NCBI GenBank assembly: GCA_963662315.1
Contig: OY759353.1
Coordinates: forward strand, 2,080,001-2,144,000
DNA from: Geopsychrobacteraceae bacterium
GTDB lineage: Bacteria; Desulfobacterota; Desulfuromonadia; Desulfuromonadales; Geopsychrobacteraceae
Direction of reading: 5' to 3'
Length of the DNA: 64,000 nt
Position numbers and translations under genes: made by a program. Shown piece after piece: positions 10,259 to 20,397 of this stretch. The notes beneath the pieces are model-generated. The model did not search any database. It worked only from the letters and a program-made list of their open reading frames with translations, and had not been told where the DNA came from. Numbering within the stretch: position 1 is the first letter of the stretch; each line of letters starts with the position of its first letter.

Positions 10259-11024
10259 TGATCTGATATTAAGCAATGTCACCAAACGCTTCGGCGGTCT
10301 GACCGCTGTCGACGATCTGTCCTTCACTGTGGAGCAGGGGCAGATCTACGGTATCATCGGTCCCAACGGAGCGGGAAAAACAACCGTCTTCAACTGTATC
10401 ACCGGTATCTATAAATCCGAGGAAGGATCCGTCAAATGGCGCGGTGAAGAGATCCGCGGCATGACCCCTTACCAGATAGTTGACCGCGGCATCGTCCGGA
10501 CCTTTCAGACCATCCGTCTGTTCGGGCAGATGTCGGTCGCGGAAAACATCATGAGTGGCCGCCACATTCGCAGTAAACAGAACTGGTGGCACGGCATTGT
10601 CCATACATCTGGATCACGCCGTGACGAACTTGAGAACTGGAAAAAAGTCGAGGAGCAACTTGAATTTTTCAACCTGGCTGAGTTTGCCGCGACACCGGCA
10701 GGCTCCCTCCCATACGGCATCCAGCGACGCGTTGAAATGGCCCGCGCCATGGCGGTTGATCCAACCTTGCTGATCCTTGACGAACCGGCTGCCGGCCTCA
10801 ACGACAGTGAAACCATGGTGTTGTTGGAAACCATCTTTAAGATCCGCGATAAAGGGGTCACGGTTCTGCTGATAGAGCACGATATGGATATGGTCATGGA
10901 AGTTACCGATTACCTGACTGTCATAAACTTCGGCAAAAAAATTGCTGATGGAACCCCGGCCGAAATTCAACAGAACCCGGCCGTCATTGAGGCATACCTG
11001 GGAAGTGAGGATGACGATGAGTAA
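10248..11024 (+). CDS. livG: ABC transporter ATP-binding LivG
   Basis: GPNGAGKTT, LDEPAAG, VIEAYLG. Confidence 0.93.
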   Translation: MAHNDLILSNVTKRFGGLTAVDDLSFTVEQGQIYGIIGPNGAGKTTVFNCITGIYKSEEGSVKWRGEEIRGMTPYQIVDRGIVRTFQTIRLFGQMSVAENIMSGRHIRSKQNWWHGIVHTSGSRRDELENWKKVEEQLEFFNLAEFAATPAGSLPYGIQRRVEMARAMAVDPTLLILDEPAAGLNDSETMVLLETIFKIRDKGVTVLLIEHDMDMVMEVTDYLTVINFGKKIADGTPAEIQQNPAVIEAYLGSEDDDE

Positions 11025-11736
11025 CGACGTCCTGTTTGAAATCAAAGATCTGCATGTCTCCTATGGCAGCATTACCGCCATCAAGGGAATTTCCCTGGAA
11101 GTTCGCAAAGGCGAAATTGTCACGATCCTGGGAGCAAATGGTGCCGGAAAAACGACCACCATGCGTACCATCAGCCAGCTGCTGAAAGCCAAGTCCGGCT
11201 CCATTAAGTTCAAGGGGCAGGAATTGACCGAACTCCCGGCCCATAAAATCGTTAAGCTTGGCATCAGCCATTCTCCTGAAGGCCGCCGGGTCTTCGGGAT
11301 TCTTACCGTTGAAGAGAATCTGATGCTTGGGGCTTTTTCCCAGAGCAAGGTGAACAGGGAAACCCTCAAATGGGTTTACAAACTGTTCCCGCGTCTGGCA
11401 GAACGACGCAAACAGCTGGCTGGAACCCTCTCCGGTGGTGAGCAGCAGATGCTGGCCATTGGCCGTGCGCTGATGAGTGACCCGGAAATGCTGCTGCTTG
11501 ATGAGCCATCCCTTGGCATCGCACCGATTCTGGTCAAGGCAATTTTCGAGCAGATTAAAGAGATCGCCCGTCAGGGGGTTACTGTGCTGCTGGTTGAACA
11601 GAACGCTAAAGCAGCCCTGAAACTCGCCGATCGTGGCTATGTTCTTGATGTCGGTAAAATCGCCCTGGCAGGAACCTCCGCTGAATTATTGGCCTCCGAA
11701 AAGGTTCAGGAAGCTTACCTGGGGAAAAAGAGCTAA
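11017..11736 (+). CDS. livF: ABC transporter ATP-binding LivF
   Basis: GANGAGKTT, LSGGEQQML, LDEPSLG. Confidence 0.93.
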   Translation: MSNDVLFEIKDLHVSYGSITAIKGISLEVRKGEIVTILGANGAGKTTTMRTISQLLKAKSGSIKFKGQELTELPAHKIVKLGISHSPEGRRVFGILTVEENLMLGAFSQSKVNRETLKWVYKLFPRLAERRKQLAGTLSGGEQQMLAIGRALMSDPEMLLLDEPSLGIAPILVKAIFEQIKEIARQGVTVLLVEQNAKAALKLADRGYVLDVGKIALAGTSAELLASEKVQEAYLGKKS

Positions 11737-11756
11737 CACAGACAAGGAGTTGAGCG

Positions 11757-12566
11757 ATGAATTTAAAAGACATTCTTATCCACATTGATAATCGCCCGAC
11801 CTGCGCCACGCGACTGGACGTTGCTGTCGGCCTGGCCAAACAGCATGGTGCCAGACTGACCGGCATTTACGTGGTCCCTCGCCCTCACTATCTGGGCGAC
11901 ATGCGCGACCTGCATCGTCAGGAAGATCAGGCCTACGCGCAATACGAAGAGGCCACCAAAGCAGCAGGCATTGAAGCCGAATGGATCACCGTCGACAGTT
12001 ATCAAACCGGTCTGAATGTTCCCCAGGCGATCAACCTGTACAGTCATTACCGCGATCTATTGATCATCAGTCAGACCGATCCTTCGGATTCCGACCCGAC
12101 AATTCCCGACACGCTACCGGAAACAGCTGTACTTGGTTGTGGCCGCCCGGTTCTGATCATACCCTACGTCGGCAACTACTCCGCCAACTTTGACGTGATT
12201 CTTCAGGCTTGGCGCGGGGGCCCTGAATCTGCCAGATCCCTGCACGACGCCATGCCGCTGTTAAGAAAAGCGAGTCGTATTAATGTTATCACTGTACAGG
12301 GGAAGGATGGCGACGAAGTTTATCAGGCCCACCAGGCCGACATCTGTCACCATATGGCCCGCTATGACCTGCCTATTACATGTGAAAAGCGCGTCAGCGG
12401 AGATTTGAGCGTCGGTGATCTGCTGCTCAACCGCGCCGCAGATTCCGGTGCCAACCTGCTGGCTATGGGAGCCACGATGCAATCACGCCGCGGCATTCAA
12501 ACCTTGGGGGACACCGGACGGCACCTACTGAAACATATGACGTTACCGGTACTGATGTCCCACTGA
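11757..12566 (+). CDS. Universal stress protein (tandem USP domains)
   Basis: KDILIHID, GRPVLIIP, LLAMGA, C-terminal PVLMSH. Confidence 0.88.
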   Translation: MNLKDILIHIDNRPTCATRLDVAVGLAKQHGARLTGIYVVPRPHYLGDMRDLHRQEDQAYAQYEEATKAAGIEAEWITVDSYQTGLNVPQAINLYSHYRDLLIISQTDPSDSDPTIPDTLPETAVLGCGRPVLIIPYVGNYSANFDVILQAWRGGPESARSLHDAMPLLRKASRINVITVQGKDGDEVYQAHQADICHHMARYDLPITCEKRVSGDLSVGDLLLNRAADSGANLLAMGATMQSRRGIQTLGDTGRHLLKHMTLPVLMSH

Positions 12567-12602
12567 TCAGGCTATTACTCAGCGACAAAAGGCCTTACAG
12601 TT

Positions 12603-14324
12603 TTGAACAATGTTGATTTTTCAGCTTTACTGACTGGCTTGGGGAGTGGGGGGGTCGTTATCAGGGATGACGCCGTCATTCTCCACAGCTGGGGCAGTCT
12701 GGCAGAAGCTTACTGTCCTGAGCAACGGTGGCCACGTCGCTTTCCCAGGTTAAACAGTGCCCTGCAAGATGTTTTACACACGCAGGGCGCGCTCCTGTTC
12801 ACCGACCTAGACATACCTGACCAGATGGCCTGGATCCGGACAGTTCGATTACCGGAAAATCAATCCGCGACAGTAGCCCTGCTGATACCAAACCTGACCG
12901 TGCAGGCCCTGATCCGTGAAAGAGATGCCATTATCGATTGTTCTTCCGATGGAATTTTTGTTTGCGATGGAGACGCTACCATCCTGAGGGTCAACCCTGC
13001 TTCAGCCCGGATCAACAATGCTCCGGTAGATCGCCTGATTGGTCGGCCCTATCTGGAGGTCGCCGAAGAAGGACTGGTCATTCTCCCTTCAGCAGCACTA
13101 GAAGCCATCAAAACGCGAGCCCAGACCAGCCTGCTGCAGGTCAATCGTCTTGGACGCAAATTGATCTCTACCGCTACCCCGGTGTTCAACCCTGAAGGAG
13201 ATCTTTATCGCGTCGTGGTCAGTGAACGGGATATTACTGAGATAGACCGCCTACAACACGATCTTGAAGAGCAACAGGCCCTGGGCGATCAGTTTCGCCA
13301 TCAGGTTCTGGAACTGCAGCAAAAGCAGCTGGCCGATCTGCATATCATTGCAGAGAGCTCGCAGATGCTACAGACGATAAAACAGGCCTACAAGCTGAGT
13401 GAAGTCGACTCAACAGTGCTGATTCTCGGTGAATCCGGCGTTGGCAAAGGCCTGATTGCCGACCTCATCCACCAGAATTCACGACGCTCTGACTCCCCGA
13501 TTATAAAACTTAACTGCGGTGCCATTCCCGATTCACTCATCGAAGCCGAACTGTTCGGCTATGAGAAAGGCGCCTTTACCGGAGCGGTCAGCAACAAACC
13601 GGGGCTGCTGGAAATAGCCGATGGTGGTACTCTATTCCTCGATGAAATTGCTGAACTCCCCCAGGGGTCACAGGTCAAGCTGCTACGTTTCATGGAAGAT
13701 GGCATGATCACGCGATTAGGGAGTACCAAAAGTAAAAAGGTCAATGTGCGTATTCTCGCGGCAACCAATCGGGACCTTGACCAGATGATCAGTAACGGAC
13801 AGTTTCGCAGGGATCTCTACTATCGTCTCAGCGTTATTCCTGTGACCATCCCGCCCCTGCGCGAACGGCGGGAATGCCTGGTACCGATGATCACCGGCTT
13901 TATCAAGCGTTTTTCAAAACAGACCGGCAAGACCCGACGTTTAAGCCCTGCAGCACTTGACCTGATGACTGGCTACAGTTATCCAGGAAATGTCAGAGAA
14001 CTGATGAATATTTGTGAGCGCTTAGTCGTTATGGCGGATAATGATCTGATCGACGTCAATGAATTACCTCACAACGTAATCAGCAGCAGTGACAGCGAAC
14101 CGAGTGTTTTCTATACCGACTGGCCTGCGGAGATGACCCTTGAGCAGATCCTTGAAAGTGTCGAGCGACATGTCATTTTGACGACAGCCCAGCATTATCA
14201 TAAACAGCAGGATATTGCCCTGCAGCTGGGCATGAGCCAACCCACCGTTGCCCGCAAACTGAACAAATATGGAATCGCTCAGCATTACGGATGGCGGATC
14301 AGGCACTTACAGGATGAGGTCTGA
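12603..14324 (+). CDS. Second PAS-sigma54-dependent activator, paralog of 1942-3675
   Basis: IIDCSSDGIFVCDG, VVVSERDITEI, GESGVGKG and GAFTGA shared with the first activator; start uncertain. Confidence 0.88.
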   Translation: MNNVDFSALLTGLGSGGVVIRDDAVILHSWGSLAEAYCPEQRWPRRFPRLNSALQDVLHTQGALLFTDLDIPDQMAWIRTVRLPENQSATVALLIPNLTVQALIRERDAIIDCSSDGIFVCDGDATILRVNPASARINNAPVDRLIGRPYLEVAEEGLVILPSAALEAIKTRAQTSLLQVNRLGRKLISTATPVFNPEGDLYRVVVSERDITEIDRLQHDLEEQQALGDQFRHQVLELQQKQLADLHIIAESSQMLQTIKQAYKLSEVDSTVLILGESGVGKGLIADLIHQNSRRSDSPIIKLNCGAIPDSLIEAELFGYEKGAFTGAVSNKPGLLEIADGGTLFLDEIAELPQGSQVKLLRFMEDGMITRLGSTKSKKVNVRILAATNRDLDQMISNGQFRRDLYYRLSVIPVTIPPLRERRECLVPMITGFIKRFSKQTGKTRRLSPAALDLMTGYSYPGNVRELMNICERLVVMADNDLIDVNELPHNVISSSDSEPSVFYTDWPAEMTLEQILESVERHVILTTAQHYHKQQDIALQLGMSQPTVARKLNKYGIAQHYGWRIRHLQDEV

Positions 14325-14327
14325 AAC

Positions 14328-14687
14328 ATGTCAGCGACACCAACACCCCTTTATCAAAAGATTTACGCGCTGACCCGTTCCATCCCCTGCGGATTTGTCA
14401 GCAGCTACGGGGCACTGGCCAGAAAGGTCGGGACCAGCGCAAGAACGGTAGGTTTTGCCATGGCCGCCCTGCAACCAGGCCACAACGTTCCCTGGCAGCG
14501 GGTTATCAACAGTAAGGGGGAGATCAGCCCACGCCGTGACGGCGACGGCAATCTTTTGCAACGCATCCTGCTGGAACAGGAAGGGATTGTTTTTGACCAT
14601 CTGGGGCGGGTCGACCTACGGCGCTACGGCTGGACATTTGCTGACGCCCCGTCAGCATCAGACACGTCACCAGGATCAGAGCCATAG
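14328..14687 (+). CDS. atl: Alkyltransferase-like protein (MGMT family, Atl/YbaZ)
   Basis: SYGALA, ARTVGFAM, VPWQRVINS (Trp in place of the catalytic Cys). Confidence 0.85.
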   Translation: MSATPTPLYQKIYALTRSIPCGFVSSYGALARKVGTSARTVGFAMAALQPGHNVPWQRVINSKGEISPRRDGDGNLLQRILLEQEGIVFDHLGRVDLRRYGWTFADAPSASDTSPGSEP

Positions 14688-15831
14688 CAATCAGGCCACT
14701 GCCCAGCCATACAACTCCGGGCCACCCCCAGGTTGAGAAAAAGAAGCCGCCACCGGTTCCAGACACACTCGATCCAAGGTAATAAAACAGTAAATACAAT
14801 GATGATGCCTGAGCCCGCGCCTGCCCGGCCATGACTCCGACCCATGACGATGCCACGGCGTGGACGCCGAAAAAGCCCACCGTAATAACGACAATACCAA
14901 CAATTATAAGAGCCAGCTGACTGAAGGCCGTCAGCAATAGACCGCTCAGCATGATCCCCAGGCAGGAAAAGAGCAACGGCACCCGCCCATGGCGATCCAT
15001 GAGCTTACCCGCCACTCCGGAACTGAAACCACCCAAGGCATAGGCAAGGAAGATCAAGGCCACATGGGTCTGACTTAACCCATATTCAGGCCGCAACAGC
15101 CGAAACGTCACATAATTGTACAGGGTGACAAAACAACCCATGAACAAAAAGGCCAGGAAATACAGTTTCAGGAGCCCCGGATGACGTAGATGCCCAACCA
15201 GTGAAGCACTCAGACTGAACAAATTCGCCGAACGTTTCTCAAAGTTGCGTGACTTGGGTAACAGCACCACAAACAGCACCGCCAGCAGCAGACTTAATAG
15301 ACCGATAACGGCAATCGCGATTCGCCAGTTCCAGATATCGGCAAAAATCACCGTCAGAATACGCCCGGTCATACCACCAAATGCATTACCGGCAATATAC
15401 AGCCCCATGGCACTGCCAATGGCCCGCGGATCAATCTCATCATTGAGATATGCCATTGCTACAGCAGGCACTCCGGCAAGAATCGTCCCCTGGGCCAGAC
15501 GAATTGCCAGCAGCAGCGGATACGGCAGCGGAAAGGCGCTGACAACGGCCAGCAGTGCCGCAAGCACAACGGCAACAGCCATCATCCCACGCCGCCCCAG
15601 CACATCGGAAAGGGACCCGCTGATCGGCAGAGTTAAGGCCAGGGAAAAGGTGGCAAAAGATAAACTCAGGCTTGCCACAGTCGGCGATATGCCGAATTCT
15701 TCGACCAGATTTGGAAACAGGGGCTGAAACATGTAGATGGTGGAAAAGGTCACAAACCCGGCAAAAAACAGGGCCAGATTCGCCCGCCAATACTCTCTGC
15801 TCCCTTTCAGTATATGTGTTTCCCGCGTCAT
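14524..15831 (-). CDS. MFS transporter, YnfM-like
   Basis: GSLSDVLGRR motif A, AMGLYIAGN, ASSLYLLFYYLGSS; read-through tail overlaps atl. Confidence 0.88.
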   Translation of the reverse strand: MTRETHILKGSREYWRANLALFFAGFVTFSTIYMFQPLFPNLVEEFGISPTVASLSLSFATFSLALTLPISGSLSDVLGRRGMMAVAVVLAALLAVVSAFPLPYPLLLAIRLAQGTILAGVPAVAMAYLNDEIDPRAIGSAMGLYIAGNAFGGMTGRILTVIFADIWNWRIAIAVIGLLSLLLAVLFVVLLPKSRNFEKRSANLFSLSASLVGHLRHPGLLKLYFLAFLFMGCFVTLYNYVTFRLLRPEYGLSQTHVALIFLAYALGGFSSGVAGKLMDRHGRVPLLFSCLGIMLSGLLLTAFSQLALIIVGIVVITVGFFGVHAVASSWVGVMAGQARAQASSLYLLFYYLGSSVSGTGGGFFFSTWGWPGVVWLGSGLIAMALILVTCLMLTGRQQMSSRSAVGRPAPDGQKQSLPVPAGCVAKDCRRRHGVG

Positions 15832-15920
15832 ACTGCACCACCCTTTAGTGACTTCGTCACGAAATGAATTAAATGAGCTATTCACTGTAGCGCAGCGACA
15901 ATTATAATAAAAATATATTG

Positions 15921-15941
15921 TTATTATGAAAATCATAATAA
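15921..15941. promoter_or_regulatory. AT-rich palindrome between the divergent MFS and LysR genes (candidate LysR site)
   Basis: TTATTATGA-AAA-TCATAATAA. Confidence 0.5.
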
Positions 15942-15980
15942 TATATTATGGCAAAGGTCAGAAACTCCCCATTGAAACGA

Positions 15981-16088
15981 TTCCCCTCTCCTTGGGGAGA
16001 GGGTGGCGCGTAGCGCCGAGTGAGGGGAAAGCCCACAACATCCCCCCCTCATCCGCCTCCGGCACCTTCTCCCTCAGGGAGAAGGGAA
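15981..16088. repeat. REP-like palindromic element (two inverted CCCTCTCC..GGAGAGGG units)
   Basis: cccctctccttggggagagggt...ccttctccctcagggagaaggg, with internal gagtgagggg/cccctcatc complementarity. Confidence 0.75.
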
Positions 16089-16120
16089 ACGTTCGCCAAC
16101 CTACCGACAGGAACAACGTA

Positions 16121-17023
16121 ATGGATTTACGCCAACTACAGGTTTTTGTTGAGATCGTCACGCAAGGGAACTTTACCAGAGCTGCGGAAAGACTGCACAT
16201 CGCCCAGCCAGCCGTCAGTATGACGATCCGTAAGCTGGAAGAAGAGCTCGACCTGGTATTGCTCAACCGTACAGAGAAGCAGGTCTCCCTGACGACTGAG
16301 GGGGAAACGCTGTTGAAACATGCCGAACGGATTCTTGATGATTTCAGCATCGCAGCCACCGAGATGGCTGAGTTAAAGGAACTCACCCGAGGTGAAGTAC
16401 GGATCGGCATCTCCCCAATGATGAGTGCCTATTACTTCCCCCACATCATTGGAGCATTTCGAGAACGATTTCCTGAATTGAGCCTGGTTGTCAACGGGGA
16501 AGGAGCGGGTCGAGTCCAGCGTATGATCGTCAAAGGGGAGCTGGATATGGGGGTTATCGCCAAACCTGAGCGGGTGGAGGGGATCGATTATCAGCATTTT
16601 CTGCGTGAGGAGATTGTGGCCTGCCTTCCGGCCAACCACCCTTGTGCCGGAAACAGCAACATCAGCATGCGCGAGTTTTTACACCACCCCCTGATTCTAT
16701 TCAAAGAGGGGTATTACATGCGTGAACTGATCGATGGTTTTCTCGTCGAAGAAAAGTTGCGGCCCAACATCGTCTTCGAGACCAACCTGTTTACCCTGGT
16801 GCGCACTCTGATCAAACAGCAGCTGGGCAGCTCCACCTTTCTGCGCATGGCCGTAACCGATGCACCGGATATGGCCGTACTCCCTTTTGACCCGCCACTC
16901 TATATCGACTTGTTTATCGCCTGGAAATCTCAGCGTTACCTTTCCCGCGCCAATCGGGCCTTTATCGAGGTTCTATTGGAGCAGGCTGAACACTCGCCGG
17001 AAAGAGGACGTGAGATCAGATAA
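16121..17023 (+). CDS. LysR-family transcriptional regulator
   Basis: MDLRQL..F, NFTRAAERLHIAQPAVS HTH. Confidence 0.93.
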   Translation: MDLRQLQVFVEIVTQGNFTRAAERLHIAQPAVSMTIRKLEEELDLVLLNRTEKQVSLTTEGETLLKHAERILDDFSIAATEMAELKELTRGEVRIGISPMMSAYYFPHIIGAFRERFPELSLVVNGEGAGRVQRMIVKGELDMGVIAKPERVEGIDYQHFLREEIVACLPANHPCAGNSNISMREFLHHPLILFKEGYYMRELIDGFLVEEKLRPNIVFETNLFTLVRTLIKQQLGSSTFLRMAVTDAPDMAVLPFDPPLYIDLFIAWKSQRYLSRANRAFIEVLLEQAEHSPERGREIR

Positions 17024-18788
17024 AAATACATAACAGCCCGGCAGCGACAAGCAGTAATCTCTTCAGCGTTTTCCCCGGAGCAATGATACCGAAGGATATG
17101 GCACCAAGACCGACAGCAAGTTTCACAAATGCCAGTATAGCCAAGAACGGGGTGGTGAGCAGATGGATCAGGGCCGGATTAGCCACCATCCCCAGGGGAA
17201 TAAGGTAAAGGCCAATTCCCAGGGTCATGGCACAGAGGGCAATTTTAAGCCAGTTTTCACCAACCATGCCGGAGGCAATAAACACCGCCCCGCACACCGG
17301 CGGCGTAATGGTCGACAGTAAGGCAAACCAGAAAACGAACAGATGCGCAATCAGGATCGGTACGCCCAACTCCTGCAGCGCCGGACCAGCGACAGAAACA
17401 CAGATCACATACGCCGCCGTAGTCGGAACTTCCATCCCCAACACCATACAGGCAAGCCCGGTCAGCAATAAAGCCGGCCACAGGTTGTGCCCCGAACCGG
17501 AAAGAATCAGCGAGGTGATTTTCACGCCAAGACCGGTTTGCCCCAGAACACCAATCACAATACTGGCACACAGAATAATGGAGGCGATAGTCGAAATCTG
17601 TTTACCGCTGTTCAGGCCGACATCGCATAGGCGCTCCAGGGTTCGCCGCCAAGACAGTTTGAAATTGACATCGACAAACAGCAAAATAAAAGCAATCAGT
17701 ATCGCCACACTGGCTGCATATTGAGGGGTGTAGCCACCATTGAACATACGCTCCAAAAGGACCGCAAAAGGAACCAGAAAAAATAAGGCGGTAATGACCA
17801 CAGCCTGGCGGGATGGTAAATTCTCCGATTCCACACTTTTCAAATTATAGCGCCGCGCATAGGCGTTAATTCCAACCCAAACAGTCAAAAAATAGAGAAT
17901 GGCCGGTAGTAGAGCAGCACCCATGATCCCGTTGTAAGGCACACCTGTCAATTCAACCATAACGAAGGCACCAGCGCCCATCAACGGTGGCATAATCTGC
18001 CCACCGGAGGAGGCCACGGCTTCAACAGCGCCAGCCAACGCCTTGGGATACCCAAGACGAGTCATGGCAGGCAGGGTGATGGCACCGGTAGAAGCTACAT
18101 TGGCAGAAGCGGAACCGGATATGGACCCAAACAGGGCCGAGGACAATACAGATACCTTGGCCGCGCCCCCATTCAGGCGTCCGGCCACAGCGGTCGCAAG
18201 ATTCATGAACCCCTGCCCTGCTTCGCCGGCATTAAGCACCGCACCCATAATGACAAAGATGGCCACAATCTCAACCGAAACCCCGGTCAACTGTCCCCAC
18301 AGACCACCTTCAGCGATGGTTAGGGTCCCTAGAAAACTGCGTAACGGCAGACCGGGATAACCAAACTCACCGGGAATATAATGGCCAAACAGTCCATACA
18401 GCAAACTAATCAGCGCCACCGTCGGTAATGGCCAACTGATACTGCGGCGAGCCATTTCCAGCACGGCAACCAGCAGGATACCAGCCATAGCAACCTGCCC
18501 AGTGCTATACAGAGAACCATACTGATCAGCCAGCAGTTCCTCATTGAAAACAAGGAAGCCACAACAGCCGATAACGGTAACGGTCAAAACCCAGCCAATA
18601 ATGCGGGACGTTTTTGAGCGGGCGACAAACACCAGGGTCCAGGGGGCAGCCAGCGCCATATGGATCGGTCGGCTGATCAGGTGCGGGATCATACCGCTGA
18701 AAACAAGAAACAGATGGAAAACAATAGAAACGGCACCGAGGCCGAACCAGAGCCACAGCCTCGGTGCGTTGTGTTGCGAATCAGTCAT
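17016..18788 (-). CDS. TRAP transporter fused permease (4TM/12TM, TAXI-associated)
   Basis: GSISGSASANV, GGQIMPPLMGAGAF, ITPPV motifs. Confidence 0.92.
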   Translation of the reverse strand: MTDSQHNAPRLWLWFGLGAVSIVFHLFLVFSGMIPHLISRPIHMALAAPWTLVFVARSKTSRIIGWVLTVTVIGCCGFLVFNEELLADQYGSLYSTGQVAMAGILLVAVLEMARRSISWPLPTVALISLLYGLFGHYIPGEFGYPGLPLRSFLGTLTIAEGGLWGQLTGVSVEIVAIFVIMGAVLNAGEAGQGFMNLATAVAGRLNGGAAKVSVLSSALFGSISGSASANVASTGAITLPAMTRLGYPKALAGAVEAVASSGGQIMPPLMGAGAFVMVELTGVPYNGIMGAALLPAILYFLTVWVGINAYARRYNLKSVESENLPSRQAVVITALFFLVPFAVLLERMFNGGYTPQYAASVAILIAFILLFVDVNFKLSWRRTLERLCDVGLNSGKQISTIASIILCASIVIGVLGQTGLGVKITSLILSGSGHNLWPALLLTGLACMVLGMEVPTTAAYVICVSVAGPALQELGVPILIAHLFVFWFALLSTITPPVCGAVFIASGMVGENWLKIALCAMTLGIGLYLIPLGMVANPALIHLLTTPFLAILAFVKLAVGLGAISFGIIAPGKTLKRLLLVAAGLLCIFI

Positions 18789-18861
18789 AGAAATAAATCA
18801 CAAAAAAGTAATTAAAATAATCTGGATATGCGCAGAATAAATCTTCCAGCGCTTCTGCAAA

Positions 18862-19818
18862 TCACAAAAGCTCAGCAGGGACTGAAATACCCTTCTCTTT
18901 ATAGTAGCGCAGCGCCCCCGGGTGCAGCTTGCCGTAAACATTAACCAACAGATCGGCATTCACCCCGCCCCACCAAGCGTTGGCCACCGCCATTTTTTCC
19001 TTCTGCTCCCAGAAGGCCTTGGTCAACTGGTAGGCAATGTCATCGCTCATGGCGGTAGTTGCATAAGCAATAACCGGCAAAGAGGTTGTCGTGACCGGGT
19101 AATCAACCCCAGAATAGGTACCGGCAGGAATCAGCAGGCGAGCCTGCTTGGTCAGGGCCAGTTGTTCATCGGTCAGGGACAGCAGGTTGATACCAGTACC
19201 GGCAGCCGCTTCAACAACATTCGGTGCCGGGTAGGAGCCCGACGTGGCAAAACCGTCTATCTGGCGATTTTTCATGGCCTGAACAGCACTCCCCAGTTCC
19301 ACATTGGCCAGGATGACTTTCCCTTCAAGGCCAAACAGTTTGAAATATTTTTCCGCCTCACGGGCACCGAACGACCCCTTGCCAATCAGCATTTTTTTCC
19401 CGTCGAGATCGGCAAAGGTTTTGATACCGCTGTCCGCACGCACGACAAAATGCATGGTCAGCCCCGGAATCGGAAACAGGGCACGGACTTCCTGATATTT
19501 GGCCGTATTATCATTGGCAAATTTACCTTCGGCAGCCTGTGCCTGCTTGACCAAAGCAGGAGGCGTCGTAAATACATAGTTTCCACTACGCACCTGCACT
19601 TCTTTGACATTCTGCAGCGACCCCTGACTTTCTTCAACGGTGACAATCACATCGCCATTGGTTCCGGCCTTGATCGCCTCGGCAATCTGAACCGCCATCT
19701 GATAGTAAGAGGAACTCGTCTTTGCAGATTTATAAGTCACCCTGGTTTCAGCATGAACCCACGCCACACTTAACAAGCAGACCAGCCCGACAGCAACGAC
19801 AACTTTGAACAATCTCAT
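18862..19818 (-). CDS. TAXI family TRAP solute-binding protein
   Basis: Signal peptide, ESQGSLQN, LHPGALRYYKE. Confidence 0.9.
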   Translation of the reverse strand: MRLFKVVVAVGLVCLLSVAWVHAETRVTYKSAKTSSSYYQMAVQIAEAIKAGTNGDVIVTVEESQGSLQNVKEVQVRSGNYVFTTPPALVKQAQAAEGKFANDNTAKYQEVRALFPIPGLTMHFVVRADSGIKTFADLDGKKMLIGKGSFGAREAEKYFKLFGLEGKVILANVELGSAVQAMKNRQIDGFATSGSYPAPNVVEAAAGTGINLLSLTDEQLALTKQARLLIPAGTYSGVDYPVTTTSLPVIAYATTAMSDDIAYQLTKAFWEQKEKMAVANAWWGGVNADLLVNVYGKLHPGALRYYKEKGISVPAELL

Positions 19819-20397
19819 CAGGACCTCCATTTCATTCTGGTTGATATTAGGACAATCAGGATTTTTGTTCCTACATACCGAAAATCAAGGCAACTTATTA
19901 AAAACGCGCCAAAAGTGCCAGCAAACAGGCTCCAACGATAGCCGTTATTCTTGCTTATTTCAAACAAAAATAGGACTAAAGCAGTCAGCAAAATGCTTTC
20001 TTTCGACTGCATTCGCTTATCTGTCAAACAATTCCGGATCAGACTATTAGAGGAGAACGAAAAACGTCTTGAAAGACTCAATAATAAAGGGCGATACCAT
20101 GGCTCTTTATTATTGAGGCTAGGGAGAGGAAAAGCCAGTCCGTGAAACTTACACCACTCAGTAAAATATCAGGGGATGCTGAATCTTTACCAGATCAATC
20201 AGGCCAAAAGAAGAAGCCCCGCCGGGCGCCGTCATGTTGACGGTCTGCTCCCAATTGAAGTCCAACCACATGGCTGGCTGGTAGTTTTCATTCTTTTTAG
20301 TCATCTCGCTATTAATCTCAGAACGAAAGGGATGAAAAGGTGAATCTTTTGCGTTAACGCTATTCTTTACTCTTGACGCCCGGGGGCCTGATAAGTA

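Noticed and set aside
15926..16120. 65-aa N-terminal extension of LysR
   Set aside because: It derives from promoter DNA and the REP-like repeat; LysR homology begins at ATG 16121
19905..19920. Possible sigma54 promoter (TGGCAC-TTTTG-GCGC) upstream of the TAXI gene
   Set aside because: GG-N10-GC spacing is present but the -12 box is poor; not enough support
20158..20304. About 48-codon minus-strand ORF downstream of the cassette array
   Set aside because: No clear RBS, motif or attC flanking it
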